Assembly: GCA_021788175.1 (NCBI GenBank)
Contig: JAJYKX010000001.1
Coordinates: 1 to 47,781, forward strand
DNA: 47,781 bases
From: Chloroflexota bacterium
GTDB lineage: Bacteria; Chloroflexota; Limnocylindria; Limnocylindrales; CSP1-4
Direction: 5' to 3'
In this document: piece by piece, positions 20,442 to 29,292 of the stretch
Numbering within the stretch: the stretch's first letter is position 1
Layout of the letters: every line of letters begins with the position of its first letter
Program-made: the position numbers and the translations under genes
Notes under the pieces: model-generated
Seen by the model: only the letters and a program-made list of their open reading frames with translations
Database searches by the model: none
Told to the model about the DNA's origin: nothing

Positions 20442-20794
20442 GCGTCCCTTCCCTCCGGCCGAAGGATCCCCGCCCGGCCGAACAGTCGAGCCACCACGTC
20501 CCGCAGCTCAGCGTAGCTCGCCGAGACGCTGCCGGAGCGGGCAACGATCAGCACGTCCCATCCCGGTGTCACGCGCGCGGCGAGCGAGCGCACGATCTCC
20601 CGCAGCCGTCGGCGGACGCGGTTGCGCACCACGGCGCCTCCCAGCCGGCGACCGGTCGAGAAGGCATAGCGGGTTCGATCGAGACCGTTTCGCATCGTCC
20701 GCACCACGACGAGCGGATGGGCCCGGCTGGTCCCGTGGTGCTGGAGCGCGGCGAAGTCCGCCGGCCGGCGGAGCGTCTCCAGCGGGACCGCCAT
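20438..20794 (-). CDS. rnpA: Ribonuclease P protein component
   Basis: RnpA-like RNR motif region: [27 protein letters not shown]. It sits between rpmH and yidD. Confidence 0.88.
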   Translation of the reverse strand: MAVPLETLRRPADFAALQHHGTSRAHPLVVVRTMRNGLDRTRYAFSTGRRLGGAVVRNRVRRRLREIVRSLAARVTPGWDVLIVARSGSVSASYAELRDVVARLFGRAGILRPEGRDA

Positions 20795-20809
20795 GGCGAT
20801 CCGGTCAGG

Positions 20810-20944
20810 TCAGACGGTCAGGCGATGCCGGCCCCGTGCCCGCCGAGCGGCGAGCACGCGCCGCCCCCCGCGCGTCTTCATGCGCGCGCGGAAGCCGTGC
20901 TCCTTGGCGCGGTGTCGCTTCTTGGGCTGGTACGTCTGCTTCAT
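20810..20944 (-). CDS. rpmH: 50S ribosomal protein L34
   Basis: [44 protein letters not shown] (44 aa). AAGGAG lies 12 nt upstream of the ATG. The 79-aa track ORF is an upstream run-on. Confidence 0.94.
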   Translation of the reverse strand: MKQTYQPKKRHRAKEHGFRARMKTRGGRRVLAARRARGRHRLTV

Positions 20945-21077
20945 CGGGCGCCACGGCTCCTTGGCAGGGACGACGTTCGAGCGGCGGCAGCAGGGCCGGA
21001 TGGGGCCCACCTGCCCTGGGTGGATACGACACGACGCGCCGGCGCCCACGGCGCAGCGACGCGTCTCGTGCCGGGGG

Positions 21078-21107
21078 ATTATATGGACCCGCCGGAACGG
21101 GTGTCAA
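21078..21107 (-). promoter_or_regulatory. Consensus sigma-70 promoter for rpmH: TTGACA, 18 bp, TATAAT
   Basis: On the minus strand, TTGACA is the reverse complement of 21102-21107 and TATAAT is the reverse complement of 21078-21083. Both hexamers match the consensus perfectly, which is rare in this GC-rich window. Confidence 0.6.
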
Positions 21108-21155
21108 ACCGGTCGGACGTGTCCGGACGTGCCGACGAGCGTGAGGGGATGACGG

Positions 21156-21527
21156 GTGGGCGAGACGATCCAGCGCGATTTCCGGCCGTCCGGCAGCGCG
21201 ACCATCGAGGACTTCGAGCGGCTGGACATCCGCGTCGGACGGATCCTCTCGGCGGAGACGTTCCCCGAGGCACGGCGCCCCGCCTATCGCCTGCGGATCG
21301 ACTTCGGCCCCGGCGGGATCCGCGGCTCGTCCGCCCAGCTGCCCGGGACGTACCCGGACCCGGCCGTGCTGGTGGGTCGACTCGTGGTCGCGGTCGTCAA
21401 CTTCCCGCCGCGCCGGGTGGCGGGTTTCCGAAGCGAGGTGCTCGTCCTGGGGGCGCTTCCGGACGACGGGCGGATCCCCCTCCTCTCGGTGGACGAGGGG
21501 GCATCTCCGGGCGATCCGATCGGTTGA
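21156..21527 (+). CDS. csaA: tRNA-binding-domain chaperone CsaA
   Basis: IEDFERLDIRVGRILSAETFPEARRPAYRLRIDFG ... SSAQL ... VVAVVNFPPRRVAGFRSEVLVLG closely parallels B. subtilis CsaA as I recall it (FEKLDIRTGTIV..FPEARVPAIKL.IDFG...VIAVVNFPPRRIAGFKSEVLVLG). Confidence 0.85.
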   Translation: MGETIQRDFRPSGSATIEDFERLDIRVGRILSAETFPEARRPAYRLRIDFGPGGIRGSSAQLPGTYPDPAVLVGRLVVAVVNFPPRRVAGFRSEVLVLGALPDDGRIPLLSVDEGASPGDPIG

Positions 21528-21768
21528 CCCGGGCGCCCGACCGGGGAGGATCCATACTCCCAGGGGGTATGGCGGTTTCGCGTTGCGACGGCATCGCGGC
21601 CGGTGCTAGGCTGTCCGGGCTCCCGATGCCCAGGGCACCGAGGCGGTCCGGATCGGCCGGCCGGCGTCCACCACGGGAAGCGCACAGGCGTCCGGTACCG
21701 ACCCTCGCGCAGGGTTCTCCGGCTCCGCCACGGCGGCGAAGCGGTTGGGATGGAGTCGAGCGAACGGC

Positions 21769-23118
21769 ATGGACGCGAAGCAGGTCTGGCGCGCCGCTCT
21801 CGGGGAACTCCAGGTGTCGCTCTCGCCGGCCAACTACGAGACCTGGCTGCGCGACACGGCCCTCATCGCGGTCGACGAACATCGCTTCCGGGTCGCCGTT
21901 CCCAACGGGTTCGCCAAGGACTGGCTCGAGTCGCGCTATCGCTCGCTGATCAGCCAGACGCTGGCCCGGATCGTCGGCTACAGCGTGCAGGTGGACTTCG
22001 AGGTCGTCTCGCAGCCCGCCGAGGCGGCCGAGGCGGTGGCCTCCCAGCCCGTGCGGGTGGAGCCCTCCCGGGTCGGCGGCGAGGGTGGCCCCAGCAACCT
22101 CAACCCGCGCTACACGTTCGGCAACTTCATCGTCGGCTCCGCCAACCGCCTGGCGCATGCCGCCAGCCTGTCGGTGGCGGAGCGCCCGGGCCACGCCTAC
22201 AACCCGCTCTTCCTGTACGGCGGCGTGGGCCTGGGCAAGACGCACCTGATGCACGCCATCGGCAACCAGGTGATCGCCCGGTTCCCCCGCAAGAAGGTGG
22301 TCTACGCCACCAGCGAGAAGTTCACGAACGAGTTCATCACCAGCATCCAGCAGGGCCGCATCGACGAGTTCCGGGCCCGCTACCGGAAGATCGACGTCCT
22401 CCTCATCGACGACATCCAGTTCATCGCGGACAAGGAGCGGACGCAGGAGGAGTTCTTCCATACCTTCAACGCCATCCACGAGGACGGCAAGCAGATCGTC
22501 CTCTCCAGTGACCGGCCCCCCAAGCAGATCATGACCCTCGAGGAGCGGCTCCGGAGCCGCTTCGAGTGGGGGCTCATCGCGGACCTGACGGCGCCGGACC
22601 TGGAGACGCGGATCGCGATCCTGCGGGCCAAGGCGGAGGAGCAGTCGGCGGCCATCGGCTCGGACGCGATCGAGTTCATCGCCCGCAAGGTGGTCAGCAA
22701 CATCCGGGAGCTCGAGGGCGCGCTCAACCGGATCCTGGCCTACGCCAGCATGAACGCCGTCCCCGTCAGCATCGACCTGGCCCAGGCGGTCCTGTCCAAC
22801 GTGCTCTACAACCCGAAACGCCGCACCGTCACGCCCGAGCGGGTCGCGCGCGCCGTGTCCGAGTACTACGGGGTGGAGCTGGAGGCGCTCCGCGGGCAGA
22901 AGCGCGACAAGGCCATCGTGGTGCCGCGCCAGATCGCCATGTTCCTGATGCGCGAGGAGACGGATGTCTCGCTCCTCCGGATCGGGGCCGAACTCGGCGG
23001 CCGGGACCACTCCACGGTGCTGCACGCCTGCGACAAGATCACGCGGGAGAGCCAGGAGAACGACGATCTCCGCCGCGAGATCGCCGCCCTTCGCGAGCTC
23101 ATCTACGCCGGGGAGTGA
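21769..23118 (+). CDS. dnaA: Chromosomal replication initiator protein DnaA
   Basis: N-terminus WRAALGELQVSLSPANYETWL. AAA+ region: NPLFLYGGVGLGKTHLMHAIGN and DVLLIDDIQFIADKERTQEEFFHTFN. Domain IV: AMFLMREETDVSLLRIGAELGGRDHSTVLHACDKI. An alternative ATG lies at 21745. Confidence 0.96.
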   Translation: MDAKQVWRAALGELQVSLSPANYETWLRDTALIAVDEHRFRVAVPNGFAKDWLESRYRSLISQTLARIVGYSVQVDFEVVSQPAEAAEAVASQPVRVEPSRVGGEGGPSNLNPRYTFGNFIVGSANRLAHAASLSVAERPGHAYNPLFLYGGVGLGKTHLMHAIGNQVIARFPRKKVVYATSEKFTNEFITSIQQGRIDEFRARYRKIDVLLIDDIQFIADKERTQEEFFHTFNAIHEDGKQIVLSSDRPPKQIMTLEERLRSRFEWGLIADLTAPDLETRIAILRAKAEEQSAAIGSDAIEFIARKVVSNIRELEGALNRILAYASMNAVPVSIDLAQAVLSNVLYNPKRRTVTPERVARAVSEYYGVELEALRGQKRDKAIVVPRQIAMFLMREETDVSLLRIGAELGGRDHSTVLHACDKITRESQENDDLRREIAALRELIYAGE

Positions 23119-23239
23119 TCGCGGCCCTCACCGCGTCTCCGGCGGGACGATCGCGCGGCGTGCCGTCGCTCTTCAGCCTGCCGCCCGCGGCGTCGCAGCA
23201 GGGCCTGCCGCACATCCTCGAAACCGTCCCGGCAGGGCT

Positions 23240-23545
23240 CTCGTGTGGATAAGGGGCCGGAATCGGTGGAAAAGCCCCGGCCGTTGTGGATAAGGAGGCA
23301 CCGCCGCGAGGGGCCTTCGCTCCGTGGCGCCCGTCGCAGACGGGCCCCCGCGCCGGGGTCCGACTACTCGTCGAAACCCATCCACAGGTCGCCTGGGCCC
23401 GCATCCACAGCGCCGGCGCCGCCATCCACCCGACTGGCCGCGTCATCCACCTCTCGGCCGTGCGGGGCGGATCGGCGCCATCCACACCGTCCACCGCCCT
23501 GATGATGAGGGTGATGGAATGAGAAGATATGGGTCTCGACCAACC
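23240..23545. other. oriC-like region: a DnaA-box cluster plus a flanking AT-richer segment in the dnaA-dnaN intergenic space
   Basis: Two perfect boxes TGTGGATAA (the reverse complement of TTATCCACA) at 23244-23252 and 23285-23293. Opposite-orientation boxes: CCATCCACA 23378-23386, GCATCCACA 23401-23409, CCATCCACC 23422-23430, TCATCCACC 23443-23451, CCATCCACA 23478-23486, CCGTCCACC 23487-23495. The AT-richer stretch ctGATGATGAGGGTGATGGAATGAGAAGATATgg follows at about 23499-23535. Confidence 0.8.
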
Positions 23546-23601
23546 CCATCCATGGCGCAGTGGACAAGCGGAGCGGCCACGAGCACCGAGGGAGACGATC
23601 C

Positions 23602-24720
23602 GTGAAGCTATCGCTGATGCAGGAGAACCTGGCGCGAGGGCTCCAGGTCGTCGGGCGGGCGGTCTCCAGCCGGGCCACGCTCCCCGTCCTGTCCAACGTG
23701 CTGCTCCGCACCGAGGACGCCGGCCTCAAGCTGACCACCACGAACCTGGAGATCGGCATCACCTGCTGGGTGCCCGGCAAGATCGAGACCGACGGCTCGC
23801 TGACCGTCCCGGCGCGCCTCTTCGCCGACATCGTCAACTCCCTGCCGCCCGGCGAGCGGGTGGATCTGGAGGCTGATGGGGCCACCGGCCTGCGCATCCG
23901 CAGCGGGCGGTTCCGGGCGCACCTCAAGGGGATCGAGGCGGACGAGTTCCCGGCCATCCCGTCGGCCGGCGAGCGACCGACCACGCGCATCTCCCAGAAG
24001 GTCCTGCGCGCCGCCCTGGGCGAGGTCACCTTCGCGGCCGCCAGCGACGAGAGCCGCCCGATCCTGACCGGGGTGCTGACCCGGTTCACGGGCGACCGTC
24101 TCACCCTTGCCGCGGCCGACAACTACCGCATCGCGGTGAAGTCGATCGATGTGCTCGACCCGGTCGAGGAGAAGGCGGTGGTCGTCCCGGCCCGCTCGTA
24201 CGCCGAGCTGGCGCGCATCCTCGCCGACGTGGACGACCCGCTCGAGGTGGTCCTGGCGCCCGCCAGGAACCAGGTGCTCTTCCATGTCGACGGGATTGAC
24301 CTGATCACCCGCCTGGTCGATGGGCAGTTCCCCAACTACCAGCAGGTGCTCCCCACCTCGCACGCCACGCGTGCCGTCGTGGATCGGGAGGAGCTCCTGA
24401 AGGCCACCCGCCTCTCGGCCCTCATCGCCAGCTCCTCGGCCAACGTGGTGAAGCTGACCGTCTCGCCGGAGGGGACCGGGTCGATCGCCGTCGCGGCCAA
24501 CGCGGAGGTGGGCGACAACGAGGGGGAGATCGAGGCCACCGTCGAGGGGGACGGCATCACCATCGCGTTCAATGCCCGGTTTCTCGCCGAGGTGCTGCAG
24601 AACATGGGCGATGCCCAGCTGGCGCTCGAGTTCAACGGCGCGCTCTCGCCCGGCGTGATCCGCCCGGTGGGCGACCCGGACTACGTGCACGTCATCATGC
24701 CCGTGAGGACCGCGTCGTAG
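23602..24720 (+). CDS. dnaN: DNA polymerase III beta sliding clamp
   Basis: GAGGGAG lies 7 nt before the GTG. Sequence: VKLSLMQENLARGLQVVGRAVSSRATLPVLSNVLLRTEDAGLKLTTTNLEIGI ... RPILTGVL ... LVDGQFPNYQQVLP. Confidence 0.94.
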   Translation: MKLSLMQENLARGLQVVGRAVSSRATLPVLSNVLLRTEDAGLKLTTTNLEIGITCWVPGKIETDGSLTVPARLFADIVNSLPPGERVDLEADGATGLRIRSGRFRAHLKGIEADEFPAIPSAGERPTTRISQKVLRAALGEVTFAAASDESRPILTGVLTRFTGDRLTLAAADNYRIAVKSIDVLDPVEEKAVVVPARSYAELARILADVDDPLEVVLAPARNQVLFHVDGIDLITRLVDGQFPNYQQVLPTSHATRAVVDREELLKATRLSALIASSSANVVKLTVSPEGTGSIAVAANAEVGDNEGEIEATVEGDGITIAFNARFLAEVLQNMGDAQLALEFNGALSPGVIRPVGDPDYVHVIMPVRTAS

Positions 24721-24783
24721 CACGCCGCCGGGAGCGGCTGGGCTCCCCGGTTCCGTTCCACTCCCCGGACCCGGGACGCTGCC

Positions 24784-25914
24784 GTGCGCGTCGATGATCT
24801 CTCGCTGACCGACTTCCGGAGCTACCCCAGGCTCGAGGTGGCCTTCGGCCCCGGGCCCCACGTGGTGGTGGGGTCGAACGCGGCGGGCAAGACGAACCTG
24901 CTCGAGGCGATGGTGGTGCTGTCGCGCGGCGGTTCGCACCGGGCGCGCAGCGACCAGGAGTTGATCCGCTGGGGAGCGCCGGTCAGTCGGCTCGAGGCCG
25001 TCGTGTCCAGCGAGCCGGCATCGCAGGCGACGAACCGACTGGAGGTGGCGCTGGCCGCGCCTGGCGCCGGCGTGCGCGCCCAGAAGCGGATCCGCGTGAA
25101 CGGCGTTGGCCGACGCGCCGACGCGCTCGGCGACGTCCTGCGGACGGTCCTCTTCGCACCCGAGTCGATGGCCCTGGTCTCCGGTTCGCCCTCGTTGCGC
25201 CGCGATGAGCTGGACCTGCTGGCCTCCCAGCTCCGACCGGCGCACGGGCGCGCCCTCGCCACCTACGGCCGGGCCCTGAGCCAGCGCAACAGCCTGCTGC
25301 GGCTGATCCGGGAGGGAAGCGCGGACCGCGACCAGCTGCCGTACTGGGACCGCGTCCTGGTGGAGGAGGGCGGCGCGATCGTGGAGGGGCGCCTGGTCGT
25401 CCTGGGGGAGCTCGAGGACGCGCTGGCCGGCGCCCACCTCGAGATCGCGCCGGGAGAATCGCCGCTGGCGGTGGCCTACGAGACGAACGCACCCGCCCGC
25501 CCCGGTGAGACTCCCGCGGATGCGCTGCGCCGACGGCTGCGCGAGACGGCCGAGAAGGAGGCCTGGAACGGGCAGACGCTGGTGGGGCCCCACCGCGACG
25601 ACATCCGGTTCATCCTCGGGGGGCGGGACGCCGCCTCGTACGGGTCGCGCGGCCAGCAGCGCAGCATCATCCTGGCGTTCAAGCTGGCCGAGCTCGACCT
25701 GCTGGCCCGGCGCGACGGCGTGGCCCCCCTGCTCCTCCTCGACGACGTCTTCAGCGAGCTCGACCCGGACCGTCGCGCCCACCTGGTGCGCAGGATCGGG
25801 GCCCTGCCCCAGGCCTTCATCACGACCACGGCGCTCGAGGACCTCGACCCGGCCCTGGTGGCGGAGTCGACGGCCTGGCGCGTCGCCCCCGGCCGGCTGG
25901 AGCGGATCCCGTGA
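24784..25914 (+). CDS. recF: DNA replication and repair protein RecF
   Basis: LSLTDFRSYPRLEVAFGPGPHVVVGSNAAGKTNLLEAM (Walker A) ... GPHRDDIRF ... SRGQQRSIILAFKLAELDLL ... LLLLDDVFSELD. Confidence 0.93.
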   Translation: MRVDDLSLTDFRSYPRLEVAFGPGPHVVVGSNAAGKTNLLEAMVVLSRGGSHRARSDQELIRWGAPVSRLEAVVSSEPASQATNRLEVALAAPGAGVRAQKRIRVNGVGRRADALGDVLRTVLFAPESMALVSGSPSLRRDELDLLASQLRPAHGRALATYGRALSQRNSLLRLIREGSADRDQLPYWDRVLVEEGGAIVEGRLVVLGELEDALAGAHLEIAPGESPLAVAYETNAPARPGETPADALRRRLRETAEKEAWNGQTLVGPHRDDIRFILGGRDAASYGSRGQQRSIILAFKLAELDLLARRDGVAPLLLLDDVFSELDPDRRAHLVRRIGALPQAFITTTALEDLDPALVAESTAWRVAPGRLERIP

Positions 25915-25962
25915 TCGCTCGTGGGAACCGGGGTCGATGAGGCGCGCCGGGAGGGGGCGACC

Positions 25963-26310
25963 ATGACGGGGCGTCGGCGCCCCATGCGGCGGCTGGGCGA
26001 CCTGCTGCCGGCCACCGCGGCCGCCCTCGGGCTCGAGGACGAGCTGCGGCTGGCGCGCGCCATGGCGGCCTGGGACCGGATCGTCTCGGAGCACGTTCCC
26101 CCGGCCGCGGGGGAGACCAGGCTCATCGCGATCCGCGGTGACGAGCTGCTGGTGAGCGCCACCTCGGGTGCCGTTGCGGCCGAGCTCCGGCTTCGAGCCC
26201 CCACCCTGCTGGGGGCGCTGGCCGCGGCGCCGAACGGGGTCCGGGCCCGCGAACTGCGGATCGCCGTCCGTCCGGCCGCCGGGGGCAGGCACGACCCCGG
26301 GGGCGTGTAG
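25963..26310 (+). CDS. DUF721 protein (DciA-like, comparable in position to mycobacterial Rv0004)
   Basis: GGGAGGGGG precedes the ATG. LGDLLPATAAALGLEDELRLARAMAAWDRIV ... LIAIRGDELLVSATSGAVAAELRLRAPTLL is DUF721-like. Position directly after recF is conserved. Confidence 0.72.
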   Translation: MTGRRRPMRRLGDLLPATAAALGLEDELRLARAMAAWDRIVSEHVPPAAGETRLIAIRGDELLVSATSGAVAAELRLRAPTLLGALAAAPNGVRARELRIAVRPAAGGRHDPGGV

Positions 26311-26320
26311 ACTCGAACCC

Positions 26321-28588
26321 ATGGCGGTCCGGCTCCACACGAACCTCGGCCTCGTGCCGGAAGGCGAGCGGCTGGAGTCCTCGCCGGACGCAACCCTCGT
26401 GCAGGTGCCCACGATCGGCGCGACCGCGCGGTCGAAGGGGAGCCTGTACGCGATCGCGACCGTGCGGGGAGGGACCGCGCGCGCCCGCGAGGCGACGCAC
26501 CTCCTGCTCGAGACGATCCAGCGGGAGTACTACTACGACGAGTCGGCCGGGATCGCCATCTGTCTCGAGAAGGCGATCCGCTCGGCCAATCGCCGGCTGG
26601 GGCACCGGCGCGACCTCCACCTGCCGGCCGATGGCGGGATGAGCGCCGTGGTGGCGGTGGTCCGGGAGCGCGAGATCTACGTCGCCACGGTCGGCGACGG
26701 CGATGCCTTCCTGGCCCGGCAGGGCCGGCTGCTGACGCTTCCCGAGGCGGACCGCGGACCGGGGCTGCCGGCGCCGGGCAACCTGCACGTCGACGTCTGG
26801 CGCGGCGAGCTGCTGGTTGGCGACGTGTTCCTGCTCGCCACGGGGGAGCTCGCGCGGCGGCTGGGGGTCGACGAGCTGCGGGGGGCGGTCTCCTCGCTCC
26901 CGCCGGCCCAGGCGGCGGCGCATCTGCACCACCGGCTGGTGGCGGAGGGCGCGCAGGACTCGGACGCCATCCTGGTGGTGGAGGCGTCCGAGGTCCCCGC
27001 CACGCGCGTGGAGCACCGGCTCGTGCCCGTTCATCCGGCGGATCCGCTGGCCGGGGCCCCCGATCGGTCGCCCATCCCGCTGGCGGACTCCGTCGTGGAG
27101 GGGGTCACCGCCGTCCGCGGCACCGCCGTGCGTGCCGGCGACGCGGGCGCGAGCGCGCTGGCGGGGCTCGTCGAGCGTGCACTGGAGCTTCTCCCGCGCC
27201 GCGGCACCGGACACCAGCGGGTCCGCTCCGTCACCGATCGCCGGGCGGGCGAACGGCGCATCGCCACGGCGATCCTGGGCACACTGGTGGTGCTGCTGGT
27301 GGCGGGCGTGGGCTACTGGGCCCTCAGCGGCGGGATCCGCGGGAAGACCGCGGAGATCCGGCAGGCGACCACGGGCGAAGACGCGCTGGCGTCGGTGCAG
27401 AACCAGCTCACCCTCGTCTTCGGCGGGGGCGGCGACCTGGTGAAGGCGGACCCCGCGCAGGCGCTCACCGCGCTGCGCTCGGCGTGGCAGCAGCTGGACG
27501 TGGCGCAGCAGGCCGGCGTGATGCCGGGCACCATCGCCGTCTACCGGGCGCAGGTCGCGGCCGGGCTGGACCAGCTCTACGGCACCGTGCAGACGGCGGC
27601 CACCACGGTGGTCACCATGAAGAAGCTCGACCCGGCCGCCGACCTCTCGGGCCTGGTGCTCGGGCCTGACGGCGCCGCCTACGCCATCGACCGAGCGGCG
27701 CACACGGTGGTCCGCTTCGACCTGGCGCGCCACACGGTGACCGCCGTGGTCCGGCAGGGCGACGGGCCGGGCAACGGGGTGGGCGACCCGTGGATGCTCA
27801 CCGTGGGCGGGCCCGACGTGGTCATCGTGGACCGCAACGGCGGCGTCTGGCGCTGGCGGCCGGCCGATCGCCTCGGCCACGGGACGCTGGGGGCGATCGT
27901 CATGAACCGGTCGGTCACCTGGGGCACCGACCTGATCGACGTGGAGACGTTCGTCCACAACGCCGACCTGGGCCTCTACAACCTCTACGTGGTGGACCCG
28001 AGCGCCCGGCAGATCCTGCGGTACGCGCCCGCCGCCGACGGCAGCGGCTTCCCCTCCGACCCGACCGGGTACCTTGCCACCGCGCAGGACGTCTCGGGCT
28101 TCGAGCAGATCTTCATCGACGGCGACATCTACGCGCTCTCTCCCGACACCGTCACGCACTACATCGCCGGGCGGCCGGATGCCGCCTTCTCCCTGGCGAT
28201 GCCGCCCGACAACCAGGACCTGCGCCCGGGCCACCACTACCAGCTCATGACCGGCTCGGCGACGCGCGGCCAGGGGGCGCTCTACGTGTACGACTCCGCG
28301 CACCAGCGGGTCATCGCGTTCGACAAGGCGACCGGCAGCTACCTCGGCCAGTACATCGCCGCCCAGGGCACGATCCCCTTCCAGGGCGTGCGCGGGATGT
28401 TCCTGCTCGATCCCGGGGGCGGCAAGGCACCGTCCATCGTCTGGGACACCGCGGACCGGCTCCTGGTCACGCCGCTGGTGGCCGCGCCGACCGGCGCCGC
28501 CGCGTCGCCATCGCCCTCGCCGACTGCGACGCCCCGCGCTACCGCCCGGCCCACCCGGCGCACCCCGGCACCGAGCACGAAGCCCTGA
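26321..28588 (+). CDS. Membrane protein: degenerate PP2C-like N-terminal domain, one TM helix, and a beta-propeller (NHL-like) extracytoplasmic domain with a Pro/Ser/Thr tail
   Basis: PP2C-like blocks: VATVGDGDAFLARQGRL, GDVFLLATGELARRL and DSDAILVVEA. The DGxGG-type metal motif is replaced (TVRGG). TM helix IATAILGTLVVLLVAGVGYWAL. Repeated Y..D.....I..F-type propeller strands: YAIDRAAHTVVRFD, LYVVDPSARQILRY, LYVYDSAHQRVIAFD. Confidence 0.6.
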   Translation: MAVRLHTNLGLVPEGERLESSPDATLVQVPTIGATARSKGSLYAIATVRGGTARAREATHLLLETIQREYYYDESAGIAICLEKAIRSANRRLGHRRDLHLPADGGMSAVVAVVREREIYVATVGDGDAFLARQGRLLTLPEADRGPGLPAPGNLHVDVWRGELLVGDVFLLATGELARRLGVDELRGAVSSLPPAQAAAHLHHRLVAEGAQDSDAILVVEASEVPATRVEHRLVPVHPADPLAGAPDRSPIPLADSVVEGVTAVRGTAVRAGDAGASALAGLVERALELLPRRGTGHQRVRSVTDRRAGERRIATAILGTLVVLLVAGVGYWALSGGIRGKTAEIRQATTGEDALASVQNQLTLVFGGGGDLVKADPAQALTALRSAWQQLDVAQQAGVMPGTIAVYRAQVAAGLDQLYGTVQTAATTVVTMKKLDPAADLSGLVLGPDGAAYAIDRAAHTVVRFDLARHTVTAVVRQGDGPGNGVGDPWMLTVGGPDVVIVDRNGGVWRWRPADRLGHGTLGAIVMNRSVTWGTDLIDVETFVHNADLGLYNLYVVDPSARQILRYAPAADGSGFPSDPTGYLATAQDVSGFEQIFIDGDIYALSPDTVTHYIAGRPDAAFSLAMPPDNQDLRPGHHYQLMTGSATRGQGALYVYDSAHQRVIAFDKATGSYLGQYIAAQGTIPFQGVRGMFLLDPGGGKAPSIVWDTADRLLVTPLVAAPTGAAASPSPSPTATPRATARPTRRTPAPSTKP

Positions 28589-28693
28589 CCGACGGCCCGG
28601 CCGTCAGGTGCGCCCGCCGGGAGCGGCGGCCCGATGTCCCGCTGCCGGCCCCGTCGTCCGGTCGTGCGGGAGCCCGCGTGTAGAATCGCCCAC

Positions 28694-29227
28694 ATGGAGT
28701 CGGACGGGCTCTGTGAGATGGTCGTCGAGAGCGTACGGGTCCACATGCTCTCGAGCCAGCACGTGGTGATCCTCAAGGAGCTGGGTCGCGACCGCTACCT
28801 CCCGATCTGGGTGGGTCCGTGGGAGGCCAACGCGATCGCCATGAAGCTCCAGGACCTGAAGCCGGAGCGCCCGCTCACCCACGACCTGTTCGTCACGACG
28901 CTCGAGCGGCTCGGCGCGACGCTGCGCCAGGTGGTGGTCTCCGACCTGGCCGACGAGACGTTCCGGGCCCGGATGTACCTGGAGCTGGACGGACGGACGC
29001 TGGACGTGGATGCGCGACCGAGCGACGCGATCGCGCTGGCGATCCGGGGCGGCGTCTCGATCTACGCGACGCAGGCCGTGCTCGACCGCGCGGGAGTCGA
29101 GCCGGAGCCGGACGCCACGGAGGAGGGCGGCGATCGCCTGGCGGTCTTCCGGGACTTCGTGAACTCGCTGGACGCCGACCTGGGCGATCCACCGGGCGGC
29201 GGGCCGGAGGGGCGCCCGGGCACGTAG
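28694..29227 (+). CDS. Bifunctional nuclease family protein (DUF151/BFN domain)
   Basis: VVILKELGRDRYLPIWVGPWEANAIAMKL ... RPLTHDLFVTTLERLGATLRQVVVSDL ... ARPSDAIALAIRGGVSIYA. TAGAAT lies 7 nt before the ATG. An alternative ATG is at 28718. Confidence 0.8.
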   Translation: MESDGLCEMVVESVRVHMLSSQHVVILKELGRDRYLPIWVGPWEANAIAMKLQDLKPERPLTHDLFVTTLERLGATLRQVVVSDLADETFRARMYLELDGRTLDVDARPSDAIALAIRGGVSIYATQAVLDRAGVEPEPDATEEGGDRLAVFRDFVNSLDADLGDPPGGGPEGRPGT

Positions 29228-29292
29228 GGGCGGCCTCTCGTCGGCGAGCCGGGGCGATCCTTCCGGGTGCGGTCTCCCCGCGCCCGGCACGG

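Noticed and set aside
23499-23535. DnaA-trio element next to the last DnaA box
   Set aside because: The GAT/GAN periodicity is suggestive. But the published trio is 3'-GAT-5' (5'-TAG-3') in a defined orientation relative to the box, and I could not convince myself the polarity matches. I describe it only as an AT-richer candidate unwinding element.
23608-26412. 934-aa minus-strand ORF antisense to dnaN, recF and DUF721. The same applies to 26123-28303, 21397-23025, 76-2058, 1791-4265, 5973-8108, 7505-9625, 9708-11930, 38970-40304, 41792-43402, 43266-45629 and 45875-47539
   Set aside because: All are antisense or off-frame to genes with unmistakable conserved motifs. Their products are low-complexity Arg/Gly/Pro/Asp strings. 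Long stop-free antisense frames are expected at this GC content.
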